Shown: one piece after another, positions 60,928 through 64,000 of the stretch
Position numbering within the stretch: the first letter of the stretch is position 1
Layout: the number at the start of each line of letters is the position of its first letter
Assembly: GCA_963834955.1 (NCBI GenBank)
Contig: CAWIDX010000040.1
Coordinates: forward strand, 31,573-95,572
DNA: 64,000 nt
Origin: an uncultured Actinomycetota bacterium
Lineage (GTDB): Bacteria > Actinomycetota > Actinomycetes > Mycobacteriales > Mycobacteriaceae
Reading direction: 5' to 3'
Made by a program: the position numbers and the translations under genes
Notes under the pieces: model-generated
What the model saw: only the letters and a program-made list of their open reading frames with translations
Database searches by the model: none
What the model was told of the DNA's origin: nothing

Positions 60928-62199
60928 TCATAAGGCACCGCCGAACTCGCCGTGAAGGTGCTGGTCGAGATCGTCGAGACCGGTCAGGTCGTGACCCATG
61001 CGGTCGCGTTTGGTGATGAGGTAGCGAATGTTCTCGGCGTTGGCGCGCACCGGCAGCGGCACCCGCTCGATGATGTGCAGTCCGTAGCCGTCGAGGCCAA
61101 CCCGCTTCGCGGGGTTGTTGGTGAGCAGCCGCATGGAGCGGACCCCGAGGTCGTAGAGGATCTGCGCGCCGAGACCGTAGTCGCGCGCGTCGGCGGGCAA
61201 GCCAAGCTCGAGGTTGGCGTCGACCGTGTCGGCGCCCGCGTCCTGCAGCTGGTAGGCCTGCAGCTTGTGCATCAGCCCGATGCCGCGGCCCTCGTGCCCG
61301 CGCATGTAGAGCACCACGCCGCGACCCTCGCGCGCGACCATGGCGATCGCCGCGTCCAGCTGGGGGCCGCAGTCGCATCGCCGCGAGCCGAATACGTCGC
61401 CGGTCAAGCACTCCGAGTGCACTCGCACCAACACGTCGCTGCCGTCGCCCCGCGGTCCGGCAATGTCGCCGCGCACCAGCGCGACGTGCTCGACGTCGTC
61501 GTAGATGCTCATGTAGCCGACCGCCCGGAACTCGCCGTGCCGGGTGGGGATCCGCGCCTCCGCGACGCGCTCCACGTGCTTTTCGTGTCTGCGCCGCCAC
61601 TCGATGAGGTCGGCGATCGAGATCAGCGCGAGGTTGTGTTCGTCGGCGAACACCCGCAGCTCCTCGGTTTGCGCCATTGCGCCCTCGTCCTTTTGGCTGA
61701 CGATCTCGCAGATGGCGCCGGCGGGCTGCAGGCCGGCCAACTTCGCCAAATCGACCGCGGCTTCGGTGTGTCCGGGCCGCCGGAGCACGCCACCGTCCTT
61801 GGCGCGCAACGGAACCACGTGCCCGGGCCGGGTGAAGTCGTCGGCGACGCTGTTCGGATCGGCTAGCAGCCGCATCGTGGTGGCGCGGTCGGACGCCGAG
61901 ATACCGGTTCCCACACCTTGTTTGGCGTCAACGGTAACGGTGTAAGCGGTGCCGTGCTTGTCCTGGTTGACCGCGTACATCGGCAGCAGCCCGAGGTGGT
62001 CGCAGATCTCCCCGGCCAGCGGCACGCACAGGTAGCCGGACGTGTAGCGGACCATGAACGCGACGAGTTCGGGGGTTGCCATCTGGGCGGCGAAGATCAG
62101 GTCGCCTTCGTTTTCGCGGTCCTCGTCGTCGATGACGATGACGGCCTTGCCCGCCGCAATGTCGGCGACCGCGCGCTCGACACTGTCCAACCTGGTCAT
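60928..62199 (-). CDS. ribBA: bifunctional DHBP synthase / GTP cyclohydrolase II
   Basis: [19 protein letters not shown] and [20 protein letters not shown]. Confidence 0.96.
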   Translation of the reverse strand: MTRLDSVERAVADIAAGKAVIVIDDEDRENEGDLIFAAQMATPELVAFMVRYTSGYLCVPLAGEICDHLGLLPMYAVNQDKHGTAYTVTVDAKQGVGTGISASDRATTMRLLADPNSVADDFTRPGHVVPLRAKDGGVLRRPGHTEAAVDLAKLAGLQPAGAICEIVSQKDEGAMAQTEELRVFADEHNLALISIADLIEWRRRHEKHVERVAEARIPTRHGEFRAVGYMSIYDDVEHVALVRGDIAGPRGDGSDVLVRVHSECLTGDVFGSRRCDCGPQLDAAIAMVAREGRGVVLYMRGHEGRGIGLMHKLQAYQLQDAGADTVDANLELGLPADARDYGLGAQILYDLGVRSMRLLTNNPAKRVGLDGYGLHIIERVPLPVRANAENIRYLITKRDRMGHDLTGLDDLDQHLHGEFGGAL

Positions 62200-62254
62200 G
62201 GCCGGCTACTCCTTAACACAGGCAGTGCCCGCGGCGGCGCTGCTCTTATCGAGT

Positions 62255-63237
62255 CTAGTGACCGGCGCCAAGCAGGCTTTCGACGTACTTGGCGATGACA
62301 TCGACCTCCAAATTCACCCGCCCACCGACCGGCACGTCGGCCAGCGTCGTCTCGGCCAGGGTCGTCGGGATCAAAGAGACCTCGAAGAATGGCCCCTGAC
62401 CTGGGTCTTCACCGCGGTCTGAGACGGTCAGGCTCACGCCGTCGACCGCGATCGAGCCCTTTTCGACGACGTAGCGGGCCAATTGCGCTCGGCAATGCGA
62501 CCCGGACGACCTCCCAGTGTGGTGACGGAGTGCGCAAGATCACCGTGCCGGTGCCGTCGACGTGGCCCTGGACCATGTGCCGGCCCAGCCGTCCGGTGGG
62601 CTGTGACGGCTCGCTCGAGATTCACCGCGCGGGCGTTGCATCGACATCGCCGAGCGTCGAGCGGTGCAGGGTCTCGGCCAGCACGTCGGCGGTGGACTGC
62701 CCGTAGTGCGGCACGTCCCGTCTCGGCCAGGGTCGTCGGGATCAAAGAGACCTCGAAGAATGGCCCCTGACCTGGGTCTTCACCGCGGTCTGAGACGGTC
62801 AGGCTCACGCCGTCGACCGCGATCGAGCCCTTTTCGACGACGTAGCGGGCCAATTGCGCTGGCAGTGCGACCCGGACGACCTCCCAGTGTGGTGACGGAG
62901 TGCGCAAGATCACAGTGCCGATGCCGTCGACGTGGCCCTGGACGATGTGCCCGCCCAGACGTCCGGTGGCTGTGACGGCTCGCTCCAGATTGACCCGCGG
63001 GCGTTCATCGACATCGCCGAGAGTCGAGCGATGCAGGGTCTCGGCCATCACGTCGGCGGTGAACTGCCCGTCGCGCAGCACGTCCACCACGGTCAGGCAG
63101 ACGCCATTGACGGCGATCGAATCTCCTGCCGAGGCGTCGCTGGTGACCAGCGGGCCCTGGATCGTCAGGCGCACCGCGTCGGACAACTCGGCCTTGCCGA
63201 CAACGCGCCCGACCTCCTCGACGATCCCGGTGAACAC
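62255..63237 (-). CDS. ribC: riboflavin synthase alpha chain, interrupted by an internal duplication of about 370 bp
   Basis: [42 protein letters not shown] and [12 protein letters not shown]. Confidence 0.9.
62350..63085. repeat. tandem duplication of about 370 bp inside ribC
   Basis: TCTCGGCCAGGGTCGTCGGGATCAAAG starts at both 62350 and 62721; the lower copy accumulates indels toward 62580-62720. Confidence 0.9.
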
Positions 63238-63407
63238 ACCTGAAGAGAGTAGTGGGCCCGCTAAACCGTCGAGGCTGCGAATTGGCAGGAGAAGTGCGAG
63301 TGAGGTCCTGCTGGAATGCAGTTTCGGCGCCGCCGCCCTGGTGCCCGTGACTCGGGGCAGGAGTGGCGCAACCGGGGTCGTAAGTTTCAACCTCTACGAT
63401 GCAAGGC

Positions 63408-64000
63408 ATGCCGCAACGCCTTCGCATATGCGCTGCTGTCGCTGTTCTTGCCGCTTTGCTCGTCGGGTGCTCGTCGTCGGAGTCGTCCGGCGACAGCTCG
63501 TCGAGCGCGCCGCTGCCGGACGCTGCGACTCTGCTCAAGCAGTCCACACAGACCACCAAGGACCTCAAGAGCGCCCACCTCGAACTCAAGGTTGAGGGCA
63601 AGATCAAGGGCCTGCCAGTCAAGACCCTCTCCGGTGACCTGACCAATACGCCCGCCGTCGCGGCGAAGGGTAAGACACAGCTCACTCTGGGCGGCGGCGA
63701 CCTGGTCGACGTCGAGTTCGTCGTGATCGACACAAACCTCTACGCCTCGGTCGACCCGGGCGTGTGGAGCAACTTCGGCGCGGCCGCCAACATCTACGAC
63801 GTGTCGGTGATCCTCAACCCCGACGCCGGCCTGGCCAATGTGCTGGCGAACTTCACCGAGCCGAAGGCCGACGGCCGGGAAACCATCAACGGCGTGCAGA
63901 CCGTCAAGGTCACGGGCCAGGTCAGCGCCGACGCGGTGAACAAGATCGCCCCGGACATCGCCTCGGGCGACGGGGTGCCCGGTACCGCGTGGATCAAGGA
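63408..64000 (+). CDS. lprG: LppX/LprAFG family lipoprotein, runs off the window
   Basis: Lipobox LVGC, LPDAATLL, KSAHL and IYDVSVILNPDAGLAN; divergent from ribC as in M. tuberculosis; TACGAT 7 nt upstream. Confidence 0.85.
   Translation, partial: MPQRLRICAAVAVLAALLVGCSSSESSGDSSSSAPLPDAATLLKQSTQTTKDLKSAHLELKVEGKIKGLPVKTLSGDLTNTPAVAAKGKTQLTLGGGDLVDVEFVVIDTNLYASVDPGVWSNFGAAANIYDVSVILNPDAGLANVLANFTEPKADGRETINGVQTVKVTGQVSADAVNKIAPDIASGDGVPGTAWIK

Overview
High-GC actinobacterial chromosome segment, clearly mycobacterial (probably a rapid grower, Mycolicibacterium-like). It is syntenic with the M. tuberculosis Rv1411c-Rv1481 region read in reverse: vWA/DUF58/moxR1, ripB/ripA, acn, the suf operon with an intein-containing sufB, mptB and an ABC transporter, ctaA/ctaB, tkt-tal-zwf-opcA-pgl, secG-tpi-pgk-gap, whiA-yvcK-rapZ-uvrC, the rib genes and lprG. 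Small accessory patches interrupt this core. (1) At 0.4-2.7 kb are decayed genes and an IS630 end. (2) At 17.3-21.3 kb is a defence-like island: a membrane protein, a Rad50/SMC-like zinc-hook ABC ATPase and a small HEPN-like protein, all ATGA-coupled, next to toxin-antitoxin relics. (3) At 45-46.8 kb is an orphan type VII substrate-like pair beside an IS remnant. (4) At 50.9-53 kb a phage capsid relic and a DUF732 repeat gene appear to sit inside a decayed DUF222/13E12 gene. Other notable signals are a synonymously AT-rich patch in sufB just upstream of the intein, a 24-bp REP-like element seen in filled and empty alleles, a chain of ATGA-coupled pentapeptide mini-ORFs, and a compact hairpin leader before nhaA. 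Many single-base frameshifts, some in genes expected to be essential, suggest an indel-prone assembly, so pseudogene calls need caution. All family assignments come from motif recognition and recall; no database search was run.
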